DNA of 64,000 nt from a virus, in the IMG/VR virus record IMGVR_UViG_3300024999_000073, positions 18,287-82,286 of that record; one strand, written 5' to 3'. A model generated the notes under the pieces. The model saw nothing but the letters and a program-made list of their open reading frames with translations, made no database searches and was not told where the DNA came from. The stretch's first letter is position 1, and every line of letters begins with the position of its first letter. Of this stretch, positions 28,716 to 39,421 are shown piece after piece. The translations under genes were made by a program, and so were the position numbers.

Positions 28716-29542
28716 TTTCGACTCCTTTTGAAATGGGAATGGGTAAGCGCACGCGTAGAGTCTCAATCCACGCGTACATGCTTGCCAATAGGGTGAAAAA
28801 ATACAACATGGTACAATTTTACCCTGTTTGAATTTGTGCCCTTTAAGCGTGAATGATACCCCAACCTGTAGCCAAAATCTGCTTTAATTTGCTATTACCC
28901 CCCATCTATGGGGTACTGTGCCTTGCCCTATGTTAATGTATTCATGTATTTTATAGATCACTATATGAGTTTTACTCATATAGTGCTACCAGGTGATACT
29001 TGGTGATACTGTTTTTCTCCAATACTCTAATCTTTCGTTCTATGGATTATACGTAGTTTGGCATATCACACCCGTTTTCTTTAACAATCACGCTTTTCTC
29101 GATCTTGTGGCTGTTTGACTCTCGTGTGTGCCTGTGTGCCTGGTACGTCGGCCCTGTGTGCTCCCCTCTTCTGTGTATGCTTGTGACCCTGTGACTCACC
29201 GAAACCCGTGAACGTTCGCACATATCGAACGAGTCATGCCACTATGGTGGCATTGACGCCGCACGCACAGCGCCCGCGCCCGTGCAGACAAGGGAGTCGG
29301 AGGCTAGGCCGCCCATGCGCATAGCACGAGTTAAAAACCAGGTCGAGAAAGCAAGCAAAGACCCTATAGAACGCCCTTGCGCATAGCGTGAGTCAATTTG
29401 GGGGTCAAAAAGCCAGAAGCGGGTATCACAGATCGCCCTTGTGCGTAGCGTGGATCGATTCTAGCATCAGAAAGGGGAAAGCACAACCTACAGTCGCCCA
29501 GAGAAGCAATCGCGGTAGAAAAGTGAGAGCAAGTCGGGTATA

Positions 29543-30295
29543 ATGAGAGTAGAGGAAGAGAGAATGGCGCAAAGAATAGGTCACGAGGTAAAGGAAGACG
29601 GGACACCCGTGTACTTAGCGAGCAACGGGAGACCCATCTTACAACCGCAGAAATATAAAGTAGGGAGAGGGGAGTTCAAACGGTCAAAAGCAGATCAAGA
29701 GAGAGATCGGGGGAGGATAGAGGAGCTATATTTAGAGGGAAAGTCACACCAGGAGATAGCGGATATACTTAGTTCAGAGAGAGAATATCCTGTTAGTCGA
29801 GCAATCATATCGAACGAGACACAGGCGTTACTAAAATATTGGAGAGAGAGAGCAGTCACAGCGACAGAGCAGAAAGTAGCGTTAGAGCTTGCGAAGCTAG
29901 ACAACCTAGAGAAAGTGTATTGGGAGGCGTGGGAGAGGTCATTACAGGTACAGAGCATCATAGAGAAGACAGAGCATGATGACAGCGAGGACAGGAGTTT
30001 AGGAGAGGAGGAAAAGGAGGATGGGAGATACAGGAAGGGGAAGAAAAAGCGAGAGAAGCGAGGCGTCAAGACAACCCTACTTACAACCGTAGGAGAGCCA
30101 AAGTTCCTGGCTGGAGTAGAGCGGTGCATACTTTTGCGATTGAAGATATTTGGAGTAGGAGAGACCAAGACCATTACAATCAACTGGAAGAAACAAGCTG
30201 AGGATGTGGGCTTGGATCCAGGAGAGTTGAAACAAGTTTTGATCGGGCATTTCGTAGAAAGTGGAAGGAAAGAATTAGAATCAGGAGAGGAATAA
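29543..30295 (+). CDS. terS: Terminase small subunit (HTH)
   Basis: ELYLEGKSHQEIADIL...SRAIISNE HTH; shortly upstream of TerL. Confidence 0.65.
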   Translation: MRVEEERMAQRIGHEVKEDGTPVYLASNGRPILQPQKYKVGRGEFKRSKADQERDRGRIEELYLEGKSHQEIADILSSEREYPVSRAIISNETQALLKYWRERAVTATEQKVALELAKLDNLEKVYWEAWERSLQVQSIIEKTEHDDSEDRSLGEEEKEDGRYRKGKKKREKRGVKTTLLTTVGEPKFLAGVERCILLRLKIFGVGETKTITINWKKQAEDVGLDPGELKQVLIGHFVESGRKELESGEE

Positions 30296-30448
30296 CATGG
30301 GAATACCGATGTATCCTGACGGAGAAGGCTACGAGCTATACCAGTTGAGAAAGTACAGGAAGCGTTGGTGGATCATACTCCTGATTGGTATCGTCCTTAG
30401 TATACCAATCGGCTTATTCATATTTACATTATTTTAGAGGTCACGTCA

Positions 30449-32164
30449 ATGAGCAACATCGCAGTACCTGCCGATGAGCAGACCCTGACCATAGTAAGGG
30501 AGAAATTAGGATTAAGTTCTAATGATTTAGAGCAGATCATGGAACAACCCTGGTTTGGGGCTGCGGTAAAGGAAGCCTGGCGTGAGAGTCAAAAAATTGC
30601 AAAGGTGGAGAGGATTAGTTCCAATCTCAGTAAATATATTCATAATCCTATCGGATTCTGCACAGATTATCTAGGAGTAACCTTTACCGATGACATCTTG
30701 AAACTTATCGAAGCCGTACAGAAGTCTCCAGTTGTAATCGCGAAATCCGGGAACGCCGTTGGCAAGAGCCACTCGGCAGCCAGAATAGCGGTCTGGTATT
30801 ATCTTGTGCATAAGGATGCCAAAGTGTTCATGACCGCAGCGCCGCCACTAGAGAACCTGATGAAAATCTTATGGGCGCAGGTTATGGGCATCTCCCGCAG
30901 ACATCCAGAGTTATTCATAGGTCATCGTATCAGGGCTATGGACATTCGTAGACACGACGAGAGCTTTATGACCGCAGTCGCAATACCAATCACAGGCGAT
31001 AGCCACGAAAGAGAAAGTAAATTTAGTGGCAAGCACTCCGGACATCTGATGTTTGTGGTAGACGAAGGCGATGCCGTCCCAGATGAGGTCTACAAAGGCA
31101 TCGAAAGTTGTATGTCTGGAGGCGACACAAAACTATTGATTATGTTCAATCCCAGGGCTAAGTCTGGTGCAGTCTATATCAAAGAAACCAGTGGAGAAGC
31201 TCATATCGTCGAGATTTCTGCCATAAATCATCCTAATGTGATTACAGGTGCAGATGTCATCCCTGGCGCTGTTAGCCGGGAAACCGTGATAAGAAGGATC
31301 AACCAGTGGTCTAGACCACTGCACAGGGACGAAAAACCAGATGAGAACTGCTTTGAAATGCCTGAATTCCTGGTCGGGATATCGGCTGTGGGTCAGGATG
31401 GTAGAGAGTACCCGCCATTGCAAGCGGGATGGAGAAAGGTTACTCAAGCCGAGCTTTGGTATATGGTCTTTGGCAGGTATCCCGCTCAGTCCGAACAACA
31501 CCTGATCTCAGAAGCCTGGATTACGTTGGCGAGAGCGAGATGGGATCAATACGTCGCCGATCACGGAGAATTGCCTCCACCTGGTAAACGTCCAATCGCT
31601 GGTTTGGATTTAGCTGAGTTCGGCGGCGATTATAACTTTCTTGCGCTGAGATATGGGGGCTGGGTGCCTAATATGGAATTCTGGGCTGGTATGGACACTG
31701 ACGCCAGCGCAGATAAAGCATTAGAGATGTGCCTGAAAAAGAACGTAGACATTTGTAACGTCGACGGCAATGGCATCGGTAGCGGAGTCGCTCCCGCTAT
31801 GGCAAGAAGGAAAGGCATCGACGACGATCTTATCACAGTCGCAGTCAAAACCAGCGAGAAACCTTCGCCTATTTATAGAGTAGACGAAGGTGAGTTCGGG
31901 ATTTTGAGGGATCAACTGGCATGGAGACTCAGAGACTGGTTAAAGGATGATCCTCAGGCTATGCTGCCTCCAGATCAGATGCTATTGGAGGAGCTTAGGA
32001 TAGCGAAGTACCACCCCCAAACTAAGACCAGGAAAATCACACTCATGGATAAGGATATGATGCGTAAACTCCTAAAAAGAAGCCCGGATAGATTCGACGC
32101 ACTTTGCCTTACCTTTAATTTCTATACTCGCCCTACCTGGAGCTTCGTCGACGAAACTAAGTGA
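30449..32164 (+). CDS. terL: Terminase large subunit
   Basis: Walker A SGNAVGKS, Walker B VVDE, nuclease GLDLA...D, SPDRFDAL. Confidence 0.9.
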   Translation: MSNIAVPADEQTLTIVREKLGLSSNDLEQIMEQPWFGAAVKEAWRESQKIAKVERISSNLSKYIHNPIGFCTDYLGVTFTDDILKLIEAVQKSPVVIAKSGNAVGKSHSAARIAVWYYLVHKDAKVFMTAAPPLENLMKILWAQVMGISRRHPELFIGHRIRAMDIRRHDESFMTAVAIPITGDSHERESKFSGKHSGHLMFVVDEGDAVPDEVYKGIESCMSGGDTKLLIMFNPRAKSGAVYIKETSGEAHIVEISAINHPNVITGADVIPGAVSRETVIRRINQWSRPLHRDEKPDENCFEMPEFLVGISAVGQDGREYPPLQAGWRKVTQAELWYMVFGRYPAQSEQHLISEAWITLARARWDQYVADHGELPPPGKRPIAGLDLAEFGGDYNFLALRYGGWVPNMEFWAGMDTDASADKALEMCLKKNVDICNVDGNGIGSGVAPAMARRKGIDDDLITVAVKTSEKPSPIYRVDEGEFGILRDQLAWRLRDWLKDDPQAMLPPDQMLLEELRIAKYHPQTKTRKITLMDKDMMRKLLKRSPDRFDALCLTFNFYTRPTWSFVDETK

Positions 32165-32220
32165 GATTATTATGGATGAGCGCAGCGGAATCCCAATGTC
32201 CGAGCGTAGTGAGGTGAAAT

Positions 32221-33978
32221 ATGGATGAGCGAACTGTTGCTACTATCGCCCGCAGCCGCGTTCTCAGCGTGGAAGTCACCGATAAACCTGTTGAAGGCGC
32301 CGGCAATGTCTTTCTCGTGTCATGGCTGGCTAAGGGCGAAACTACTATTCCAATGTGGTGGAGTCCGAGCCGGGATATTAGACTCAGGTGGTTCTGGAAG
32401 GAAAGCAACCACCTTTCCGGCGCCATCTATACTATGCAGTCGAAACTCACCGCTATCCCGGTTAGAGTCGAAGCCAGAAACATGGGCAGTAAACAGTCCG
32501 TCGCCGACGCCTATTGGTACACGGATTTAATTAACAGACTCGCTGGCTATGGCCGCGGCTGGGCATCTGAATATGGTAAGTTCGTAGAAGACCTCTTGTG
32601 CACCGATAATGGCGGATTCTTGCAGGTGATCGGAGAAGGCGACGTCACCGGCCCTATCAAGGGCATGGCGATTTCATTCTCGCACCTGGATTCGTGCCGA
32701 TGTCAACGTACAGGTAATGCTATCTATCCCGTGATCTATACCGACGAGCATGGAAAACGTTGGAAGTTGCACTTTACCCGTATCATGGAGTCGTCGCAGA
32801 TGCCTTCAACAGCGGCAGAAATGAACGGCGTTGGTTTCTGTAGTATTTCGCGCTGCGCTCAAGTAGCACAAACTCTGATCGATATTCTCACTTATAAACA
32901 GGAGAAACTAGGGTCTAGACCCCATCGTGAGCTTATCATTACCAGGGGAGGTTTGGATCCGAAAGATATAGCAGCCGCTTTTGGCCTGGCCGAACAAAAA
33001 CAGGATCAGGTAGGCTTGACCAGGTACTCGAAAATAGTAGTCGGCGGTAGCGCGGCTCTACCTGAAGCCGATATAAGAGAGGTCAAACTCTCGGAACTCC
33101 CCGATGGATTTGATGAAGAAAGTAGCACGACTCTGGGCATGGCTGTCATCGCTATGGCCCTCGGTACCGATCCACGCGAGCTTTTCCCGGCTCTAACATC
33201 AGGAGCTACTCGCGCCGATGCTCTATTACAACATTTGAAGCAAAGAGGTAAGGGACCTGGACAGATTTTACAGGCTACTGAGGTCATGTTCAATTTCAAG
33301 TTTTTGCCCGCTCATCTTAGATTCGCCTCTGACTTCCAGGACGATGCCCAGGATCGTCAGTCCGCGGAAATAAAGATGGTCAGGGTTAATAAGAGAGTCC
33401 AGGATTTAGCCAGCGGCGTCATGGATGATCGCGTTCAGCACGAGCAAATGCTCAACGACGGCGACATCGATCAAGCTCAATTCGATAGACTTGAGTTGTC
33501 GGATGGGCGACTCCCGGAAGGCATTCCTGTGATCGCTCTTTTCTTCTCGAAGGAGAAGAATGTCAGACAATACCTGGATATGGGTGTAGAGAACCCATTG
33601 GACGTCAATAAGAATAATCCTGAGCTAATGCTGGCTAAGATTACAGATAAAAGACAGAGTGTGTACACCGCGCTCGCCAATACCAATAATCCAGATGAAC
33701 GTTGGTTGGCTTATAAGGCCGATTCCGCTCTCAATCAGTTGGAAGTCTTGTATCTGCCTACTCAAGTCCAGGTTGAGGAAGGAATGCCCAAGACCAGCGT
33801 GCCCGGCAAGAATGGCAATGGAACCAAACCCGCACCCCCTAATAAAGGCGATCTCAGAAGCGTAGCCGGGAGTGATTATATCGATCCCAGAAATAGGAGA
33901 GTTGATCTTACGCAACCTTCTCATGCCGAAACTAGCTATGGTGAGGCTATGGATGCAGCCTCAGGAGGCGAGTCTTGA
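32221..33978 (+). CDS. Portal protein
   Basis: 585 aa directly after TerL; EDLL...DNGGF and IAMALG features. Confidence 0.75.
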   Translation: MDERTVATIARSRVLSVEVTDKPVEGAGNVFLVSWLAKGETTIPMWWSPSRDIRLRWFWKESNHLSGAIYTMQSKLTAIPVRVEARNMGSKQSVADAYWYTDLINRLAGYGRGWASEYGKFVEDLLCTDNGGFLQVIGEGDVTGPIKGMAISFSHLDSCRCQRTGNAIYPVIYTDEHGKRWKLHFTRIMESSQMPSTAAEMNGVGFCSISRCAQVAQTLIDILTYKQEKLGSRPHRELIITRGGLDPKDIAAAFGLAEQKQDQVGLTRYSKIVVGGSAALPEADIREVKLSELPDGFDEESSTTLGMAVIAMALGTDPRELFPALTSGATRADALLQHLKQRGKGPGQILQATEVMFNFKFLPAHLRFASDFQDDAQDRQSAEIKMVRVNKRVQDLASGVMDDRVQHEQMLNDGDIDQAQFDRLELSDGRLPEGIPVIALFFSKEKNVRQYLDMGVENPLDVNKNNPELMLAKITDKRQSVYTALANTNNPDERWLAYKADSALNQLEVLYLPTQVQVEEGMPKTSVPGKNGNGTKPAPPNKGDLRSVAGSDYIDPRNRRVDLTQPSHAETSYGEAMDAASGGES

Positions 33979-33992
33979 AGGTAACACAAATG

Positions 33993-34088
33993 CAACCACG
34001 GATTTCACGAATTACACAGATTTCTTTATTATAAAAACAAATCCGTGAAATCTGTGAAAGTCGAGCAAAGCTCGACAATCCGTGGTTG
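33993..34088. repeat. REP-like palindromic element built from 9-nt (CACGGATTT-like) units
   Basis: CAACCACGGATT...AATCCGTGGTTG inverted ends; half-copies at 25870-25899 and 35514-35533. Confidence 0.65.
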
Positions 34089-34105
34089 TTCTTTAGGAGA
34101 TTGCT

Positions 34106-34426
34106 ATGATTAAGGAAATGGGCTTGCCCAGAGGCACGAAGGGCGAAAAGCGCCCACGAATAAAAGAAAAGAAAGATAAATCAGGCGTCATCGCAAAGAT
34201 CATAAAAGCGATCACTCCTAGAACTGAGTATGATTACGCATACGCTTATTGCGAAGCCTGGAAGTGGCACATATTCTGGTGCAATGCTTATCTGTCTTAT
34301 CTTATACAACGTAGTAAAATCACCGCAGAAGAAGCCGAAGATATTGCCCAAAAAGTCGGTATAATCAGGAGCAAAGACAGTTACGATGTGGTCTACAGGA
34401 AAGCAAGCGATGCTGTCAAAAATTGA
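34106..34426 (+). CDS. Hypothetical basic protein
   Basis: AGGAG RBS. Confidence 0.45.
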   Translation: MIKEMGLPRGTKGEKRPRIKEKKDKSGVIAKIIKAITPRTEYDYAYAYCEAWKWHIFWCNAYLSYLIQRSKITAEEAEDIAQKVGIIRSKDSYDVVYRKASDAVKN

Positions 34427-35027
34427 CATGGATTTCAAACAGGGATATGAGGCTGATTTCGGCGTCAATGTCCGCAACTGCGTGCGCAGCCTTTGGGCTG
34501 AGCTTTCGGATTCGTTCACGTTTGTAAATGATATGGCCGGTATCATTCGCAGAGGCTATGTCAATGCCTGGCGTGAAGGCGCGACCGCCTGCGGCATCCA
34601 ACAATCCGAGTTTACCGACGAAGAACGCTTTGCCATCGAAGATGCTATCAATAGCGAACTCGTGTATCTGCCCGGTTTCGCCAGCGACGTTGCCAAAGGC
34701 ACGAAATCAAGTGGCGCTAAACTAGGTCACTGGCTTAGACGCGCTGAGATGTGGACTAATAGATACTCTGCGATCAAAAGCCAGGCTATGACAATGGCCT
34801 GTAAGGATCGCAAGCTGATGTGGTCTATAGACTCCGTAGGCTGTATCGAGCATTGTCGAGATTGCCTGCGACTCAATAACAGAGTCTATCGAGCTAGTAC
34901 ATGGAGGCGTTATAATATTTTCCCGAGAATGTGGGCGCTTGCCTGCAAAGGCCGAAATTGCTGCTGCAGTTTTTCGCCTACCACCGCACCCGCGACCAAA
35001 GGCCGCCCTCCGAGTATAGGCAGGTGA
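34410..35027 (+). CDS. Head morphogenesis (MuF/gp7-like) protein
   Basis: W...EHCRDCLRLNNRV...C...NCCC motif after portal. Confidence 0.65.
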   Translation: MLSKIDMDFKQGYEADFGVNVRNCVRSLWAELSDSFTFVNDMAGIIRRGYVNAWREGATACGIQQSEFTDEERFAIEDAINSELVYLPGFASDVAKGTKSSGAKLGHWLRRAEMWTNRYSAIKSQAMTMACKDRKLMWSIDSVGCIEHCRDCLRLNNRVYRASTWRRYNIFPRMWALACKGRNCCCSFSPTTAPATKGRPPSIGR

Positions 35028-35030
35028 AAC

Positions 35031-35513
35031 GTGGCAAGACATATCACCGCCGCCGAAGCTGACCGCATCCTTAGAAAAGTTCTCAAGGATGTGGCGAAGT
35101 TGGCTAAGAAAAGAATGCTACAACCAACATCCACCTGGAAACATAGCGTTGATTTCAATGTCTCAGAGCCAGCGGTTGTCGCCGGTGATTTGAAAACCGA
35201 GGTTATTACTCATGATCCCCCTTATTATTTTCTAGACGAAGGCACAAAGACTCCTCGTCATGCTGCAATGACAGAAGACTTCTCACCTAAAACTAGCGTA
35301 AGATCGTTCAAGGCAAGTGCGGGATCGGGAGGTCTTTTATTCGTTCATAGGAAAATTCAAAAACCTGGCATCGAAGCTCGTAAATGGACGGAGATGACTG
35401 CTCTTGAGTATGGCCCGATCCTGCAATCGGCTATAGATCAGGCTATCGCCGGTATCGCCCATAAAGGGCTGTTTGGCCTCGCCAGGCAACGCCGTGGTGT
35501 TATTGGTGAATAA
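35031..35513 (+). CDS. Virion morphogenesis protein (HK97 gp10-like)
   Basis: YYFLDEGT...PG...R motif. Confidence 0.5.
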   Translation: MARHITAAEADRILRKVLKDVAKLAKKRMLQPTSTWKHSVDFNVSEPAVVAGDLKTEVITHDPPYYFLDEGTKTPRHAAMTEDFSPKTSVRSFKASAGSGGLLFVHRKIQKPGIEARKWTEMTALEYGPILQSAIDQAIAGIAHKGLFGLARQRRGVIGE

Positions 35514-35639
35514 AAATCTGTGAAATCGTGGTTAAAACCCGTGAATGTTCGCAGATTTCACTCTTGTCGCTTGCGCTTTTAGACTATTCTTGTTACAATC
35601 ATACACAGACGTGGCGCGCCCACGGAAAGGTTGACTCCT

Positions 35640-37322
35640 ATGCCTTATAGAATGCGTAAGCAAGGCGATAAGAAATACTGCATCTTCAACTCAGAGACAG
35701 GGGAAAATAAGGGTTGTAGCGACACCGAGAAGATGGCCGCCGCTCACATGCGTGCTCTTTACTCTCATAGTGACGATAAGAAAGAGCTTGCGGAGATCGA
35801 AACTGAGTTCCTTTCTGCTATCGCAGACTATGAAAAGGAGTCTGAAACTCCTTTCGATCCTGTAGTTCTCAAAGAAATCATCGACGCCAGTCCCGAAGAC
35901 CTGGAGAAGATGTCTCTTTTAGCTGACGCTTATATACCCTGGGCCCCGGCTAAGTCCTACTCTGAACTTGAGGAACAGGAGTCAGCTAGAGAACGTCTCT
36001 CTAAAGCCCTTAAACTCATTGCCCAGTTTCCTGATATGGCCCGCGAGCTTATTTTTGATCCCGAAACCCCGCAGAAGGCCGCCGCTATCGAAGACCTGGC
36101 CTCCCAACTCGCAGACCGTCTGGATAAACTCGAAACTCAACCAGCCGCTATAGAAGAGGATGGTTATGGGGAAAACAAGGAAACTCCGAGAAAGAAACAC
36201 AAATCCATCCAAGAGAATCTCGAAGAAGCTGTTATTGCTGTTTTGAAATCCGTGGGGTTGTACAAAGAAGCCCCTGCAGATGGCCTGATGGTCTGGAAAG
36301 ATACAGACTCCGGCCAATATCGTTGGTTCGCCCGCTATTCAACTAATTTTCGCGACAACGATAACCCTCCTGAGATTATTTCCGAACAGAGTCATCGCCT
36401 GTTCGTAGATAAAGTTGAAAAGGGACTCGCTCCCTTCCCCGAACTGTGGATTTGGCATGGTAAGTCACTTCGCATTGGCCGCTCTGCCTGGGTCGGTTAT
36501 GACGACGCTGGTTTTGCTATGTCCGCAGGAGCTTTCCTTCCGGGTTGCGAGGATGCCGCCGATTTCCTGGCGCATCAAAAGGATGTCGCTCTCAGTCATG
36601 GGATGCCCGTATCTACGATTAGGAGAGACCCATCCGATCCTACCATCATCATCGAGCACGAGACCAGGGAAATAAGCGTACTTCCGCGTTACGCTGCGGC
36701 CAATAAGCTCACAAGTTTTCACGCCTTGAAAGAGGAGGCAAACATGGCAATTCCTACTGAGCAAAGAAAAAAGCTAATCAACTGGGGTCTTCCTGAGGAT
36801 GTGATCGCGAAGGTCGAAGGTGTTAATCTCACCATCGCCGACAAGGCTGTCGAAGCTGGCGTCGAGCATAAAGAGAATAAGGACGCTGTTCCTCCAGACG
36901 CTGTCGCTGCACCCGTGGTTACAGAGACTATCGAAACTACGGGGTCTATAGACCACATCATTCCTGAGGCTGAGACTGTCCCCGATGAACTTCCGCCTTC
37001 TCGCAGGGAAGTCGCTGAAACTCTGGCGACTATCCTGACCGAGCAGACGAAAGTAATCGAGGCTCTGGCTATTCAAACCAAAGAGATGAATGCGCGTGTT
37101 GAGGCCCTGGAGATCTCCAATAAGGAGGCTGCGAGCAATCGCTTTACTCCATTGGCGTCTATTATGACCTCGCTCGGCCTGGATAAGCAATCTCCAATCG
37201 GCGCGGCTGGTGCAGAAGTAAAACCTGACGACCCACTCGCAAATCAGAAACCGAAGGAAGCCGCAGATGGGAACGCCGGTAAAATCGGCATCCCATTCAT
37301 TGACCAAATGTTGGTGGGGTAG
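35640..37322 (+). CDS. Prohead protease / scaffold
   Basis: N-terminal MPY...CSDT domain; WH...G, LSHG, EISVLP...AAN protease motifs; precedes MCP. Confidence 0.7.
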   Translation: MPYRMRKQGDKKYCIFNSETGENKGCSDTEKMAAAHMRALYSHSDDKKELAEIETEFLSAIADYEKESETPFDPVVLKEIIDASPEDLEKMSLLADAYIPWAPAKSYSELEEQESARERLSKALKLIAQFPDMARELIFDPETPQKAAAIEDLASQLADRLDKLETQPAAIEEDGYGENKETPRKKHKSIQENLEEAVIAVLKSVGLYKEAPADGLMVWKDTDSGQYRWFARYSTNFRDNDNPPEIISEQSHRLFVDKVEKGLAPFPELWIWHGKSLRIGRSAWVGYDDAGFAMSAGAFLPGCEDAADFLAHQKDVALSHGMPVSTIRRDPSDPTIIIEHETREISVLPRYAAANKLTSFHALKEEANMAIPTEQRKKLINWGLPEDVIAKVEGVNLTIADKAVEAGVEHKENKDAVPPDAVAAPVVTETIETTGSIDHIIPEAETVPDELPPSRREVAETLATILTEQTKVIEALAIQTKEMNARVEALEISNKEAASNRFTPLASIMTSLGLDKQSPIGAAGAEVKPDDPLANQKPKEAADGNAGKIGIPFIDQMLVG

Positions 37323-37356
37323 TAATACGCTCGTACCAACAGAAGGAAGGTTTTAC

Positions 37357-38805
37357 ATGGACGAACAATTGCTTCAAGTTCTGCAAAATCAACAGGCTTT
37401 GCTTGAGGCCCTGGCGGAGAAGTCGGCTGGCGTCCAGTTGAATGCCGGTTATCACCAGAAAGTCCCGGCTCAATTCCGCACGGCCAACCCTCTCCACGGT
37501 AGCAGCGGTCTGTTCAGCACTCCTGGCCTGGAGCGCGATATCATCACCGCCCATATCCGCCCCTACGGTATTGGCGCCAGTCTGCCTTTGATCCCCAGTG
37601 TCTACCAAGACCCTCGCTTTGGCAGTATCACTGGCTTTACCGCACCCGTTGGCAATCAACCTGTTCATGCCTGCGACGACGCCCCCTATGCTTACATGAA
37701 AGGGTGTAATCTCACCGCGCGCTTTGGCCGCATCCGCTATGACACTAACACTATCGACATCAACGAAGTCATGCTGAAATTGCACCGCGGCGATTTCACC
37801 GATCTGCGCTTGCGCGGGCAACTCCTGGGTATGACTGACATCGGCCCCAAAAATATCGATCAGGGCCAGGTTCTCAATGTGATGACCGCCGCAGAAATGG
37901 TGACGGTTGGCGTATTGTTCGAACGCGAACTCAGCCGCCAAATCTGGCAGGGGTCTTTCTTGATCGCCAATGAGTTCCCCGGCCTCGACGTTCAAATCGC
38001 AACCGGCCAGCGCGATGCCGACACTAACGCGCTTTGCACCGCTCTCGATTCTGACGTCAAGAACTTCAACTACCGCATGATCGAGACTAACTGCAATCTC
38101 ATGGTCACGTATCTGAGTATGCTCGAAGCCTATCTGCATACCAACGCCGAACGCATGGGTCTCATGCCCGTGCAGTGGATCATAGCCATACGCCCCGAAC
38201 TCTGGGAGCAACTCACGGCTTGCTGGCCGTGCGCTTATAACACCAATAAGTGCGCGAGTCAGTCTGAAACTGGCGCTACGACTGTGATCGATGGCCGTGA
38301 GATGGTAACTTTACGCGATGCTATGCGTAATGGCCTGTTCATCGACATCAATGGCCGCCGCTATCCTGTGATAAAGGATGTGGGCATCTTCGAGCACAAT
38401 AACGTCAATAACGAACACTTGCTCCCCGGCCAGTACGCATCCTCGATCTATATGGTCCCGCTCACTATCATCGGCGGAATGCAGGTGGCGTACCGCGAGC
38501 ACGTGGACTACCGCGAAGCTCAGCCCGATATCGCATTCATGCGCGGTATGGAAGGTTTCTGGACTGACGGCGGCGCCTATAACTGGGCGCTTGAGCAGAT
38601 CAAGTGGTGCTATAAGTTCGCCGCTAAGACTGAACAACGTGTGGTCTTGCGCACCCCGCAACTCGCGGGCCGCATCGACGCCGTTGGCTATCAGCCGCTG
38701 CAGCACTTCCGCGACAGCGATCCCACCTCAGCTTACCACTTCGATGGAGGCGTAAGTGTACGACCTGGTATGAGTACACCATACGCTATCTGGTCTGGGA
38801 GGTAA
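37357..38805 (+). CDS. Major capsid protein
   Basis: 482 aa after protease; C-ending codon bias of a highly expressed gene; EFPGLD...I and R...LAGRI motifs; followed by terminator. Confidence 0.8.
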   Translation: MDEQLLQVLQNQQALLEALAEKSAGVQLNAGYHQKVPAQFRTANPLHGSSGLFSTPGLERDIITAHIRPYGIGASLPLIPSVYQDPRFGSITGFTAPVGNQPVHACDDAPYAYMKGCNLTARFGRIRYDTNTIDINEVMLKLHRGDFTDLRLRGQLLGMTDIGPKNIDQGQVLNVMTAAEMVTVGVLFERELSRQIWQGSFLIANEFPGLDVQIATGQRDADTNALCTALDSDVKNFNYRMIETNCNLMVTYLSMLEAYLHTNAERMGLMPVQWIIAIRPELWEQLTACWPCAYNTNKCASQSETGATTVIDGREMVTLRDAMRNGLFIDINGRRYPVIKDVGIFEHNNVNNEHLLPGQYASSIYMVPLTIIGGMQVAYREHVDYREAQPDIAFMRGMEGFWTDGGAYNWALEQIKWCYKFAAKTEQRVVLRTPQLAGRIDAVGYQPLQHFRDSDPTSAYHFDGGVSVRPGMSTPYAIWSGR

Positions 38806-38854
38806 TTTACTCAAATAGTCCGATTTACACTGTAATAGTAATGACGACTGCAAT

Positions 38855-38949
38855 AAAGAGGGCCTGGAAAACCAGGCCCTCTTTTTCTGTTATTCTATTT
38901 CTATCACAGATCAGTTCTAAAAGAGCCTGGATTTCTCCAGGCTCTTTTT
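38855..38949. terminator. Two tandem bidirectional terminators
   Basis: AAAGAGGGCCTGG/CCAGGCCCTCTTTTT and AAAAGAGCCTGGA/TCCAGGCTCTTTT. Confidence 0.8.
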
Positions 38950-39421
38950 ATTCTGCGAATGTTCCCGCTATACTTGCAAAGAACAAAAAAATCGCTACGC
39001 CGCCTAAACCGAAACACACGCTTGCGCCCACGATCAGCAATATCCCAGGTATCTTGTCTCGAAAACGGCATAAGTGTTCGAGTTCGTGTCTCCCAAAAAG
39101 CCATAGAGAAAATCCATTGACTAGTAACGCTAACCCAGAAAACAAGAATGCTATTATCATTGCGCCTCCATATTCGGGTACGCTCTCACCAGCTTGCGTG
39201 CCTTTTTCATAACCTCCGCGCCGAATGGCCCGTTCTCGTCGTCGCTAGCTTTGGTGGTGAACGCAAAGAAGATCAGACATGATAGGCAACTACAACTATA
39301 TAAGTGATCGGCGGCGGTGAATGTTGCGTCTCTGAGAAGTTGACTGGAAGATATACCGTTTTTACGACAAGTCTTTAGTAAGCCTTCCAGTTCCTCGATG
39401 TATTCACGTGTCCAACCAGAG

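Noticed and set aside
37297-38211. 304-aa - strand ORF and similar long antisense ORFs (20543-21412, 17992-18762, 27993-28628)
   Set aside because: Shadows of well-supported genes on the other strand; no recognisable motifs
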